Assembly: GCA_030429505.1 (NCBI GenBank) | Contig: JAUIFI010000001.1 | Coordinates: 600,001 to 632,000 of the forward strand | From: Candidatus Saccharimonadota bacterium | Lineage (GTDB): Bacteria; Patescibacteriota; Gracilibacteria; UBA4473 | Reading direction: 5' to 3' | Length of the DNA stretch: 32,000 nucleotides | Program-made: the position numbers and the translations under genes | Part shown: positions 1-8,318 of the stretch, piece after piece | Position numbering within the stretch: the stretch's first letter is position 1 | How the letters are laid out: each line of letters opens with the position of its first letter | The notes under the pieces: model-generated | Seen by the model: the letters and a program-made list of their open reading frames with translations, nothing else | Databases searched by the model: none | Told to the model about the DNA's origin: nothing

Positions 1-1045
1 GAAACATTTTTTCTGCCTTGGAAAAATACTTTTTGTTGAGCCAATACGCTGCCTCATTCTGAACAACTATTTTATCCAAATTTTGGTCTTTACTTTTCAT
101 CGCATACATTTTCGCCACACTAAATTTATTATTCTTCAGGAACCATTGCACCGCTGAAACATAAAAAGAAGGTAGCAAGGCTTTATCACCCGCAAGCCGA
201 AAAAAAGACTCTGCCTTCGCAAAATTATGCTCCCGCATGTATCGATTTGCCAACCGATGATAGGCACTACGCAAGTTCTTTTCCACCAACTCTCGATAAC
301 TCGAAAGTACAAAACAAATTTCCGCCGCATCCAACATAGACTGAGGGCTTACCTGAAATCGATCCTCCTCCCGATCAGAAATATCCAAGAGATTCACCGA
401 AATAATCTCATACACCGGCAATATTTTTTCATACTTCTCATACTGCTGAAAACTTGCATTCGTTGCCTCAATATCAATTTCGCAATAACTCAAACATACA
501 TGTTCCGGTAAAATCTTAAGTTTGAGATCATTGATATCGTATTTTAAACTGTACAGAAAAATGTACAAAGCAACGATTTGATTACAATCCCCCTTCAAAA
601 CCTCTTTGGTCGGATCACGTAGCAATTTTTCAAAAGCACTTGATTCCAGATATTCAAACCGATTCCCCGGCAACAAATACTGCATAATGCCCCATAAAAA
701 CACGAATTTCTCATCACCTTGAAGTGATTGAGATAAAGGCTGATTTTGAATAGATTTCTCAAGATTCAACTTCTGCTGTTCCCAGAAAGACAAAAAATTT
801 CGACCAATCTTCTCGGCATTCACATACAACTCTCTCCTATAAGACTTTTTCAAAGTCTTGTACTGCTTAAAACTATATTCTAACCATACCAAAACTCGCA
901 CCACATCCTGCTGTAAAAAAATCTGTGCTTGCCTCTGAGATCCTACCTTGTCCGACTTCGCCGACAGTCGAGCAAAAAAACGACCAATCTCCTTTTCTTG
1001 GCTATCGGTAAAACGAGAAAAAAAACGCAACAAGCGAGAAAACAT
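1..1045 (-). CDS. Hypothetical protein, N-terminal ~348 codons only (runs off the left edge). Possibly a SirB1/YchA-like transglutaminase-fold plus TPR-like protein.
   Basis: Missing from the ORF track because no stop codon lies inside the window. Manual minus-strand translation from the ATG at 1045-1043 (MFSRLLRFFSRFTDSQEKEIGRFF...) has no stop down to position 1. The segment KGDCNQIVALYIFLYSLKYDINDLKLKILPEHVCLSY resembles the G-x4-L-x2-LY...P-x-H core of SirB1-type transglutaminase-like domains. TPR-like helical text follows (NFAKAESFFRLAGD...). The product call is tentative. Confidence 0.55.
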   Translation of the reverse strand, partial: MFSRLLRFFSRFTDSQEKEIGRFFARLSAKSDKVGSQRQAQIFLQQDVVRVLVWLEYSFKQYKTLKKSYRRELYVNAEKIGRNFLSFWEQQKLNLEKSIQNQPLSQSLQGDEKFVFLWGIMQYLLPGNRFEYLESSAFEKLLRDPTKEVLKGDCNQIVALYIFLYSLKYDINDLKLKILPEHVCLSYCEIDIEATNASFQQYEKYEKILPVYEIISVNLLDISDREEDRFQVSPQSMLDAAEICFVLSSYRELVEKNLRSAYHRLANRYMREHNFAKAESFFRLAGDKALLPSFYVSAVQWFLKNNKFSVAKMYAMKSKDQNLDKIVVQNEAAYWLNKKYFSKAEKMF

Positions 1046-1115
1046 AATGTCTATATTTTACTGAACAAGAGATAAGAAAGAAAGTTCAAACAAATAATCA
1101 ATTCAATAAAAATCT

Positions 1116-2513
1116 CTACTTAATCGTCAATACCTTAAGCTTATTACTTAATGATGTGTGTGCTCTTTGAATTCCCTCTGACTCCGGCAAATCCCCCGAC
1201 AGCACATACCCCTTTCGTTCTGAAATCCCCACCATCACCTCACGCCCCCTCAATGGACGTCCTGACTTCACAAACACTTCAAAAAACTCCCGACTTCGAC
1301 CAGAGTTCACATACATCCCATCAGATTGTTTTTCCGATTTTTCAAATAATACTTCCAATGTAGTTCCTACAGCACTTTCACGATTCTCCCACGAAGTCTC
1401 CTTGATGATATTATCAAAGACATGAAAACGTCGCTTTTTTTCGTCCTGATCAATAAAATCCTTTTCCATGCGAGCAGCTGGAGTATGTTTTCGAGGAGAA
1501 AAAATCGCCGTATACGAAAAATCAAACTTCATCCGCCGAGCAAAAGCACACAACTCCTGAAAATCTTCCTCCGTCTCTCCCGGAAACCCGACAATGATAT
1601 CCGTCGCAATCGTAACATTTGGAATCGCCTCTCTGATTTTACGAATAATATCCTCATATTTTTCTACTTTATAATTTCGATTCATGGCTCGAAGTACACG
1701 ATCTGACCCATGCTGCACCGGTAAATGCACATACGGACAAGACGTCTGCATCGTTCGCAAAGCTTCAATCACATCATCTGTAAAATCTTGTGGATGTGCA
1801 GATGTAAAACGCAAACGAGACAATCCTTGCTTATGCAACACATCAATCTTCAAAAGAAGTTCTGCAAAACACTTTTTGCCCTGATCAACATACGAATTCA
1901 CATTTTGACCAAGCAAAGTGATCTCCACAGCACCATTGCACACATGTTGCTCACATTCAGAGACAATATCTTCCATCGGACGAGAGAGTTCCCGACCTCT
2001 CGTATACGGCACGATACAATACGTACAAAACTTATCACATCCCTGCATAATTGGCACAAATACCTGAGACTTGTTTTCCACCTTAGGAACTATGTGAAAA
2101 TAATTCTCCAAACTTCCAGAGCCAAAAGCATTCGAAAACTCAGAAAAATCATGATCAAGAAAATGAGATTCCAATAACTTTGGCAATCGCGCAGTATCTT
2201 CAATACGAAAGACCACATCAATTGGATCATACTTTAGCAAGTTATCCGAAGAACTACTCTTATCTCCAGTCTGACGAACCATACACCCCGTTACCGCTAC
2301 CAAAGCATTCGGATATTTTTTCTTCTGCTGCACAATAAATCCATACGCTTTATCTTCAGACTTTTGACGAACCGAACACGTATTGACAATAAAAAGATCC
2401 ACCTGATCTCCCTCACAACGAGAAAAACCCGATTGCTCCAAAACCTTTGCCACTCGTTCAGAGTCCGAGTGATTCATCTGACAGCCAAAAGTCTTAATTG
2501 TGTAAGTCTTCAT
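1116..2513 (-). CDS. miaB: tRNA methylthiotransferase, MiaB-like radical SAM enzyme
   Basis: N-terminus MKTYTIKTFGCQMNHSDSE (MTTase N-domain). Radical-SAM cluster motif CDKFCTYCIVPYTRGRE. TRAM-like C-terminus. I prefer the ATG at 2513 over the TTG-extended ORF-track start at 2540. Confidence 0.85.
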   Translation of the reverse strand: MKTYTIKTFGCQMNHSDSERVAKVLEQSGFSRCEGDQVDLFIVNTCSVRQKSEDKAYGFIVQQKKKYPNALVAVTGCMVRQTGDKSSSSDNLLKYDPIDVVFRIEDTARLPKLLESHFLDHDFSEFSNAFGSGSLENYFHIVPKVENKSQVFVPIMQGCDKFCTYCIVPYTRGRELSRPMEDIVSECEQHVCNGAVEITLLGQNVNSYVDQGKKCFAELLLKIDVLHKQGLSRLRFTSAHPQDFTDDVIEALRTMQTSCPYVHLPVQHGSDRVLRAMNRNYKVEKYEDIIRKIREAIPNVTIATDIIVGFPGETEEDFQELCAFARRMKFDFSYTAIFSPRKHTPAARMEKDFIDQDEKKRRFHVFDNIIKETSWENRESAVGTTLEVLFEKSEKQSDGMYVNSGRSREFFEVFVKSGRPLRGREVMVGISERKGYVLSGDLPESEGIQRAHTSLSNKLKVLTIK

Positions 2514-2617
2514 AAATCCCGGGCACCATGACAAAAACAAGAAAAAAAATCAATCACAAAGACACAAGAATCATCAGAGCATTGCGAAACCTCAGAAATT
2601 TTGTAGACTCGTGAAAG

Positions 2618-3412
2618 ATGGTTTCATCAAAAAAGACCAACCTTTCAATCATCACAGTCAATTTTGGACACGCCAAAAATATTCAGTCACTTTGGCAGTC
2701 TATCAAAAAATTTCCACCCTCTATCCCCTGGGAATTAATCATCGTCGACAATCATTCTCCTCGTCAAGAAAACAAATCCCTGACCCAATATTTTCAAAAT
2801 GAACCTCATGTTCACATTATTTCCCTCACACAAAATATCGGCTTCGGAAGAGGAAATGAAGAGGGCGTAAAATTTGCCCAAGGAGACATCCTCACCTTTA
2901 TAAATCCTGACATCGAAGTCACGAACCATTGCTTCAATTCCCTCATAGAAACAATCCAAAATCAACCTAAAATTGGTATTGCTGCTCCTCTTCTACAAAC
3001 AAAAAATGGAAAAATTCTTCCCACCGCTCGATGTTTTCCGAGTTTTTGGAGCTTAGTGGGAAAACGCCTCTGGGGTATACAATCGAACCAAAAACCAAAT
3101 CATCCCATATCAACTGAATGGGTACAGGGGAGCTTTTTAGTGATGAAAAAAAATTTTTTTACAGAAATTCTAGAAGGATTTGACCAACGTTTCTTTCTTT
3201 TCTTCGAAGATACAGACTTATGCCGGCGCACGTGGGAAAAAGGATACAAAGTCGTACAAGTCCCATCTGCAATAGCCTTTCACAGCGAAAAACGCTTATC
3301 AGGCGAAGACGTCCTGACCTCCCTTTTCAAAAAAACCTTCTGGATTCACATCACCTCAGCCTTCAAATACTTTCAAAAATATAAAAAGAAAAAGAAACCC
3401 CAAATATTCTAA
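2618..3412 (+). CDS. Family 2 glycosyltransferase (rhamnosyltransferase-like)
   Basis: LSIITVNFG...IIVDNHS...NIGFGRGNEEG...FINPDIEV...FLFFEDTDLCRR, the typical GT-A/GT2 motif series. Confidence 0.8.
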   Translation: MVSSKKTNLSIITVNFGHAKNIQSLWQSIKKFPPSIPWELIIVDNHSPRQENKSLTQYFQNEPHVHIISLTQNIGFGRGNEEGVKFAQGDILTFINPDIEVTNHCFNSLIETIQNQPKIGIAAPLLQTKNGKILPTARCFPSFWSLVGKRLWGIQSNQKPNHPISTEWVQGSFLVMKKNFFTEILEGFDQRFFLFFEDTDLCRRTWEKGYKVVQVPSAIAFHSEKRLSGEDVLTSLFKKTFWIHITSAFKYFQKYKKKKKPQIF

Positions 3413-3420
3413 ACTGCTCC

Positions 3421-4287
3421 ATGACCTACCCCATCGCTGACACTCACACACATCTCTATTTCCAATCATTTGACCAAGATCGAGATCAAGTGATCAAAAA
3501 TTGTGATCAAAGAGATGTAAAAATTCAAATCCAAATAGGTTGCGACGAAATCTCCAGCATCGCTGCTTTGGATCTTGCAAAGTCTCATCCGCACTTTTAC
3601 GCTACCTTGGGACTACACCCCTGTGATGTCAAAAAATGCTTTGACAATGACAAAAACTACCGTCCCAAAAATCATATCAACTACCAAAATCAAGCCAAAA
3701 ACTACGATGAGCTATTTGAACTTTTTGAAGAGCTAGCCAGAAAAAATACTAAAAAAATCGTCGGCTTTGGTGAAACTGGATTCGACCTCTACCACGAAAA
3801 TTCAGAAGAAATTTTCCTGCTACAGAAAAACACTTTTCGTCGACACATCCAACTTGCGAAAAACTTTGACAAACCCATTGTCATCCATAGCCGAAATGCC
3901 AAAGATCAATTACTCGATTTCCTCACAAAAGAATATAAACAAGATTTTCGTGCAGTTCTTCATTGTTTTTGTGAAGACACAGACTACGCCAGTGTCATGA
4001 CACAAAAATATGGATTTTTCCTCGGAATTGGCGGCATTGCCACCTACCCACAATCAGAAAAAATTCGAGACGCCATCCGACACACCCCCATTGAATTTCT
4101 AGTCACCGAAACAGACGCTCCTTTTCTCACTCCACAAAGCTTCAAAAAAGATCACAAACGCAACGAATCTCGGTTTTTAACCGAAGTGATAGAACTCATT
4201 GCAAAATTGAAACAAAGAGAAATACAAGAATGCGCAGAAATACTCTTTAACAACGCGAAAAGATTATTTAACATCAAAGACAACTGA
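3421..4287 (+). CDS. tatD: TatD-family metal-dependent hydrolase/DNase
   Basis: N-terminal DTHTHL metal-binding motif, then GLHP, GETGFD, VIHSR, VLHCF and ETDAPFL motifs in TatD order. Starts 9 nt after the GT2 stop, so it is probably co-transcribed. Confidence 0.85.
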   Translation: MTYPIADTHTHLYFQSFDQDRDQVIKNCDQRDVKIQIQIGCDEISSIAALDLAKSHPHFYATLGLHPCDVKKCFDNDKNYRPKNHINYQNQAKNYDELFELFEELARKNTKKIVGFGETGFDLYHENSEEIFLLQKNTFRRHIQLAKNFDKPIVIHSRNAKDQLLDFLTKEYKQDFRAVLHCFCEDTDYASVMTQKYGFFLGIGGIATYPQSEKIRDAIRHTPIEFLVTETDAPFLTPQSFKKDHKRNESRFLTEVIELIAKLKQREIQECAEILFNNAKRLFNIKDN

Positions 4288-4288
4288 T

Positions 4289-4317
4289 TTTACAAAAAAA
4301 TAAATTCATGGTATAAT
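4289..4317 (+). promoter_or_regulatory. Sigma70-type promoter TTTACA-17 nt-TATAAT ahead of the 4339-7203 gene cluster
   Basis: TTTACA at 4289-4294, a 17-nt spacer, and a perfect TATAAT at 4312-4317, 21 nt before the ATG at 4339. Lies in the tatD-to-4339 intergenic gap. Confidence 0.5.
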
Positions 4318-4338
4318 GAGAAGATTTGTATCATTCTC

Positions 4339-5250
4339 ATGAAAAATATTTTCAATCATTTACTCGACAACACAACACTCAAAAGCTTCTTATACCAAAA
4401 CCAAACCGGAAAACCAAAGGAAAATCCTGATCAGATTTCTCCCGGACCACAACTCCACGATAAAGTTGTTCAAGACACAACTGAGAGAATAAACATCTAT
4501 CAAACAGAAGTCATACAAGACCCAAAAACAAATATGGAAGTAGCTCAAAAAATCAGAAAGGCACAAAATTTTTATGGTGAAAACATGAGCAAAGAAGACA
4601 GAGAAACAGTAATTAGTGAAGCAGTTAATTTACAAAGAAATGGAATAAACGTTATAGAGAATCCACTATTTATGTCAGGATTTTCTTTAGAAAAAGCGAA
4701 AAGCGAAAAATATATAACCAACCTCGTAACATTGCATAATGCTGGAATACTTATTAACTGGAGCTTTGTAGACAGGCTCTCTTTAGCACAGGGAGAAAAT
4801 TCAAATCTCATTGAAGCTCTTATAGTCTTACATGAAAATGGTTTTGAAGACATTAGAGAGATACTTCCCCTTGAACACATGGCAAATTCAGGCATCCCAA
4901 TTCCAGAGATTATAGCTAGGACTCAAAGTGAAAAATACATACACAATCTAGCAATGCTAAGCCAACCCAATACAAATAATGGTTTTAAAATGCATTATTT
5001 TGTATTCAGAAATTTTACCCTAGAAAAAGGAGAAAGTCTGACATTCACAAAAAATTTTCTGAATTTAGTAAGAGAGTTTGGCTCAAAAGAAGTCGGCTGG
5101 ATATGTATGGAAAAATTAACTTTAGAAAAAGGAGAAAATACTGAATTTATTGATTTGGTTATAAAAAAAGGAAGAAAAGACGACAACATTCGCAACATAA
5201 TAGAAAGCACAAAAATACCAAAGAGCAAAAACGTCGCCAGCAATAACTAA
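4339..5250 (+). CDS. Hypothetical repeat protein with five to six degenerate 32-40 aa repeats built around an [FL][ST]LEKGE motif. No signal peptide.
   Basis: Repeats: FSLEKAKSEKYITNLVTLHNAGI, LSLAQGENSNLIEALIVLHENGF, RTQSEKYIHNLAMLSQPNTNNGF, FTLEKGESLTFTKNFLNLVREFG, LTLEKGENTEFIDLVIKKG. An identical 15-mer tagaaaaaggagaaa occurs at 5021-5035 and 5123-5137. I recognise no known family. Confidence 0.6.
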   Translation: MKNIFNHLLDNTTLKSFLYQNQTGKPKENPDQISPGPQLHDKVVQDTTERINIYQTEVIQDPKTNMEVAQKIRKAQNFYGENMSKEDRETVISEAVNLQRNGINVIENPLFMSGFSLEKAKSEKYITNLVTLHNAGILINWSFVDRLSLAQGENSNLIEALIVLHENGFEDIREILPLEHMANSGIPIPEIIARTQSEKYIHNLAMLSQPNTNNGFKMHYFVFRNFTLEKGESLTFTKNFLNLVREFGSKEVGWICMEKLTLEKGENTEFIDLVIKKGRKDDNIRNIIESTKIPKSKNVASNN

Positions 5251-5268
5251 AGATTAAGAACGTATGAT

Positions 5269-6507
5269 ATGAAGAATATAATTCAAAATAAATCATCTCA
5301 CCCATCTACTCAATTCATCTATCAAAAACACAGTATAGATCAGGGCTTCCCTGGTCCTCTATCTCAATCAGAAACATCAGACTCCACTCAAAAACAAAAT
5401 AACATTGACACTAACGCCAATTCAGAAGACTACGCTCAAAAAAGAAAAGACTCTCTCAATACCACTCATAAAGAAATCTTCCACAAAGAATCTCAAGAAC
5501 CTGATAGCAATAGTATTTTACAAGAAACAAAAGCATGGACTCCAGAAGATCAAAAAAATCCTAAACCTAACCTGATTTTTTCATATACACCCGATAGAAT
5601 GTCCAAGTATTGTAAAATTTCTATCACAGGAAGTGATCGGCGAAACGCACCACTCCCACTTCCACATACACTTTCCGGAAAAACACTGGAATTTTATGAT
5701 ACAACCCCACCCAACATCAATGATATAAGGTATCTGAGAAATATCCCTGACCTTAGAATTAAAACTCGATGGAATCGGTTTCCACCAGCATTAGTCAATA
5801 CCACCCATTTAACACTCCTCAACACACCAGTCGTTCCAGGCTCTTTACGAAATCTTCAAAAACTCGATGTTCAGAGCAAATTAGTAGATTCCATCCCCGA
5901 TAGTCTGACCAATTTAACACAATTATACCTCAACCGCTCATCCGTCACAAAACTACCATCTAGTTTAATTAACATCCGTGAATTACATGCTAATCAAGTT
6001 AAAGAAATTCCTCCAACCTTCGTTAACCTAGAAACGCTTCAGGCTAACAGCATAAAAACTCTACCAGCAACCCTACGAAACCTTCGATATCTTAACGCCA
6101 ACTCGCTTGTCACCCTTCCCCCCACTCTAACAAATATAATGCATTTGACAGCCAACGCCCTAGAAAAAATACCTGAAACGCTTATCAATCTAGAAGTTAT
6201 TCAGGCAAAATCCGTAAGCTCAATCCCAGAAACACTCATTAAACTTAAGCAATTAGATACAAAAAACGCCACCATAATCATCACCCCAAACAATTTTCCA
6301 TCTCTCCAATACGTAGTCGATAGAGGATGGTCAAATATACACTCAGATACAAGAACACTCCAAAATCGAAACCACACCACCTATCTCTATAAAAATGGAC
6401 GTCTTTATACAAAAAACAGCAATGATAGTTGGGAATTAGCCAGACAAAACAATGGATTTAAACAATGGCTCAAAAATACAGCAATAAAGATAACTGACAA
6501 TGTCTAA
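5269..6507 (+). CDS. Leucine-rich-repeat-like protein with a polar, low-complexity N-terminus, about nine LRR-like units (six of exactly 18 aa) and a ~75 aa C-terminal domain
   Basis: Consecutive units: LPSSLINIRELHANQVKE, IPPTFVNLETLQANSIKT, LPATLRNLRYLNANSLVT, LPPTLTNIMHLTANALEK, IPETLINLEVIQAKSVSS, IPETLIKLKQLDTKNATI. Two 20-aa units precede them. No signal peptide. Confidence 0.65.
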   Translation: MKNIIQNKSSHPSTQFIYQKHSIDQGFPGPLSQSETSDSTQKQNNIDTNANSEDYAQKRKDSLNTTHKEIFHKESQEPDSNSILQETKAWTPEDQKNPKPNLIFSYTPDRMSKYCKISITGSDRRNAPLPLPHTLSGKTLEFYDTTPPNINDIRYLRNIPDLRIKTRWNRFPPALVNTTHLTLLNTPVVPGSLRNLQKLDVQSKLVDSIPDSLTNLTQLYLNRSSVTKLPSSLINIRELHANQVKEIPPTFVNLETLQANSIKTLPATLRNLRYLNANSLVTLPPTLTNIMHLTANALEKIPETLINLEVIQAKSVSSIPETLIKLKQLDTKNATIIITPNNFPSLQYVVDRGWSNIHSDTRTLQNRNHTTYLYKNGRLYTKNSNDSWELARQNNGFKQWLKNTAIKITDNV

Positions 6508-6516
6508 TTCTCTCCC

Positions 6517-7203
6517 ATGAAAATACTCAAACACAATTGTATCAATCAAAATAAATCAAAAAATATTTTTCGATATAGCCCAAACGAATCATTCTCTCTC
6601 AATGAGTTTGAAGGAGATCCTCAAACAAAAAATAATCCCTATCGATTTGAACAGCCTTCCAGTTTTTATCAAAAAGACACCTTCAGTGACAAAAATTTGG
6701 GAACTAATAAATACAACCGTGAAAACCTCGAGCAAAATTTGACAAGAGACATAGAAGAAGCAGAAAAAGAACAAGTCCTCTATGAAGGAAATTTTGAAGG
6801 AAGAAAATTCAGAACCACCTCAAAAAAACTAGACCAATACATTCGCATCATTACCTCTTTTGGAAAAAACAAAGAAAGATTTCAGGCCCTAAAAAAAATC
6901 TTTCACCCAGACGCTTTACACATAGCTGTCGCTGATTTTTTTGCTTATAGAATAGACAATCACACCACAGTTGATGAGATTATTCACTACCAAGGAATCT
7001 CAGACAGAGATGTACAGTGGATAGTTCAAAGAAGTTTGAAACTTACAGCTCAATTCAACATACAATCAAGAAAAAACAAAGGAGAAAAACGTTCTGTATG
7101 CGAAGAAGTATACAGAGAGTGGAAGCGAAAAGTAAAACAAATGGTTCCTGACACAAATTTCAAACCAATCGACAAAAAAGTACAAAGCATATTAAACGAA
7201 TAA
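6517..7203 (+). CDS. Hypothetical protein with a sigma-70 region-4-like helix-turn-helix in its C-terminal half
   Basis: FAYRIDNHTTVDEIIHYQGISDRDVQWIVQRSLKL fits the region-4/LuxR-type HTH pattern (T-x2-EI-x4-GIS-x3-V-x5-R-x-L-x-KL). The N-terminal 130 aa are polar and I cannot recognise them. Confidence 0.5.
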   Translation: MKILKHNCINQNKSKNIFRYSPNESFSLNEFEGDPQTKNNPYRFEQPSSFYQKDTFSDKNLGTNKYNRENLEQNLTRDIEEAEKEQVLYEGNFEGRKFRTTSKKLDQYIRIITSFGKNKERFQALKKIFHPDALHIAVADFFAYRIDNHTTVDEIIHYQGISDRDVQWIVQRSLKLTAQFNIQSRKNKGEKRSVCEEVYREWKRKVKQMVPDTNFKPIDKKVQSILNE

Positions 7204-7259
7204 AAAATTTTCAGGAGAGTGAGCTGAAGAACTTGATTAATGTGTTATACTCCCGCCCG

Positions 7260-8228
7260 ATGAAAATCAATTTCTGGGCTGATCTTCCTCGACCAATGCT
7301 CGTACTAGCCCCTATGGCCGGCTACACCGAGAGTCCTTTTCGAAGGTTAATAAAAGAACTCGAACCCTCCACCATCCTCATATCCGAACTCGTATCATGC
7401 GAAGCTCTCCGCAGACGCAATGAAAAAACCATGAGGCTGGTCGAATTCACTCCAGAAGAAAAACACTACTATTGTGTGCAACTTTTTGGCAAAAGCGAAG
7501 AAGCGTTTTTGGATGCCATAAAAGTCGTAGAAGAGATCGACGCTGACGGCATCGACCTCAATCTCGGCTGCCCATCTCCCAAAGTCGTTGGCTCTGGACA
7601 CGGATCAGCCTTACTCAAAAATCCCTGCTCTACTGCCCGCCTGATTGAAAAAATCGTCCAAGCTACACATCTCCCCGTATCCGTCAAAACTCGTTTGGGC
7701 TTTTACGATGACACAAGACTCATTCAAACCGCCAAAGATTTTGAAAATGCCGGCATCTCATCACTCGCTATCCATGGAAGAACCACCAAACAAAAATTCT
7801 CCGGACAAGCTCAGTGGGAAAAAATCTATGAAGTAAAAAAATCGCTCCACATCCCAGTCCTTGGCAACGGAGATATAACCTCAGCCGCCATCGCCCTACA
7901 AAGACTCAAAAACCTAGATGGCATGATGATCGGTCGAGCCGCCATGAGAAATCCCTGGATATTCCGGCAATGTCGAGCCGCCTTTGACAAGCAGCCCATT
8001 CCCTCAAAACCACCTCTCGAAGAACAGCTTCAATTTTTCGAACGTCATGCCAACTTGGCTTCGGAATGGAAAAATGAAACCTGGGCAATGATCGAAATGC
8101 GTAAACACTTCTCTCACTTCATCCGAGGAGTACGAGGCGCCGCTCAATTTCGAGATCGTCTGATCCGAGTCAGTTCTATCAAAGAAATGAAACAGATTTT
8201 CTCAGAAATCAAAAAAAACGCTCCCTAA
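7260..8228 (+). CDS. dus: tRNA-dihydrouridine synthase
   Basis: LAPMAGYTESPFRRL, DLNLGCPSPKV and IHGRT are canonical Dus motifs. I prefer the ATG at 7260 over the TTG at 7233 used by the ORF track. An extended -10 (TGT-TATACT, 7243-7251) ends 8 nt before this ATG. Confidence 0.88.
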   Translation: MKINFWADLPRPMLVLAPMAGYTESPFRRLIKELEPSTILISELVSCEALRRRNEKTMRLVEFTPEEKHYYCVQLFGKSEEAFLDAIKVVEEIDADGIDLNLGCPSPKVVGSGHGSALLKNPCSTARLIEKIVQATHLPVSVKTRLGFYDDTRLIQTAKDFENAGISSLAIHGRTTKQKFSGQAQWEKIYEVKKSLHIPVLGNGDITSAAIALQRLKNLDGMMIGRAAMRNPWIFRQCRAAFDKQPIPSKPPLEEQLQFFERHANLASEWKNETWAMIEMRKHFSHFIRGVRGAAQFRDRLIRVSSIKEMKQIFSEIKKNAP

Positions 8229-8278
8229 AAAAGATATATATTTTCAATAAACCTCCCAAGGAAAAAATACAAAATACA

Positions 8279-8306
8279 TTGACAAACATACTTAGCACTC
8301 TATAAA
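8279..8306 (+). promoter_or_regulatory. Sigma70-type promoter TTGACA-16 nt-TATAAA for htpX
   Basis: Perfect TTGACA at 8279-8284, a 16-nt spacer, and TATAAA at 8301-8306. The ATG is at 8329. Confidence 0.6.
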
Positions 8307-8318
8307 TACAAGTGCTAA
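8292..8318. promoter_or_regulatory. CIRCE inverted repeat (HrcA operator) overlapping the htpX -10 box
   Basis: TTAGCACTC-tataaatac-AAGTGCTAA matches the CIRCE consensus TTAGCACTC-N9-GAGTGCTAA at 17 of 18 arm positions, with exact 9-nt spacing. Confidence 0.8.

Noticed and set aside
5953-6276. The 54-bp periodic DNA repeats could look like a CRISPR array or a satellite.
   Set aside because: The periodicity is in frame within a long ORF and is conserved at the protein level (LRR-like units) rather than the nucleotide level. There are no unique spacers alternating with identical repeats.
6277-6507. An IpaH/SspH-type NEL E3-ligase domain after the LRR array. Type III effectors have this architecture.
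   Set aside because: The C-terminal tail is only ~75 aa and has no cysteine, whereas NEL domains are about 300 aa with a catalytic Cys.
4339-6560. The three cluster proteins have similar N-termini (MKNIFNH, MKNIIQN, MKILKHN), which could be a shared secretion signal.
   Set aside because: The similarity covers only 4-5 residues made of codons common in AT-rich genomes. That is not enough to infer a signal.
7233-7259. Longer N-terminal extensions from the ORF track that use TTG starts: dus 7233, rel 10439, rpsJ 28880, the sigma-like gene 28723, miaB 2540, and an upstream start at 15026 for the lipoprotein.
   Set aside because: In each case a downstream ATG gives a family-typical N-terminus. 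The extension either overlaps a promoter element (the TTG at 28880 is part of a TTGACA -35 box) or overlaps the preceding gene (15026 overlaps corA).
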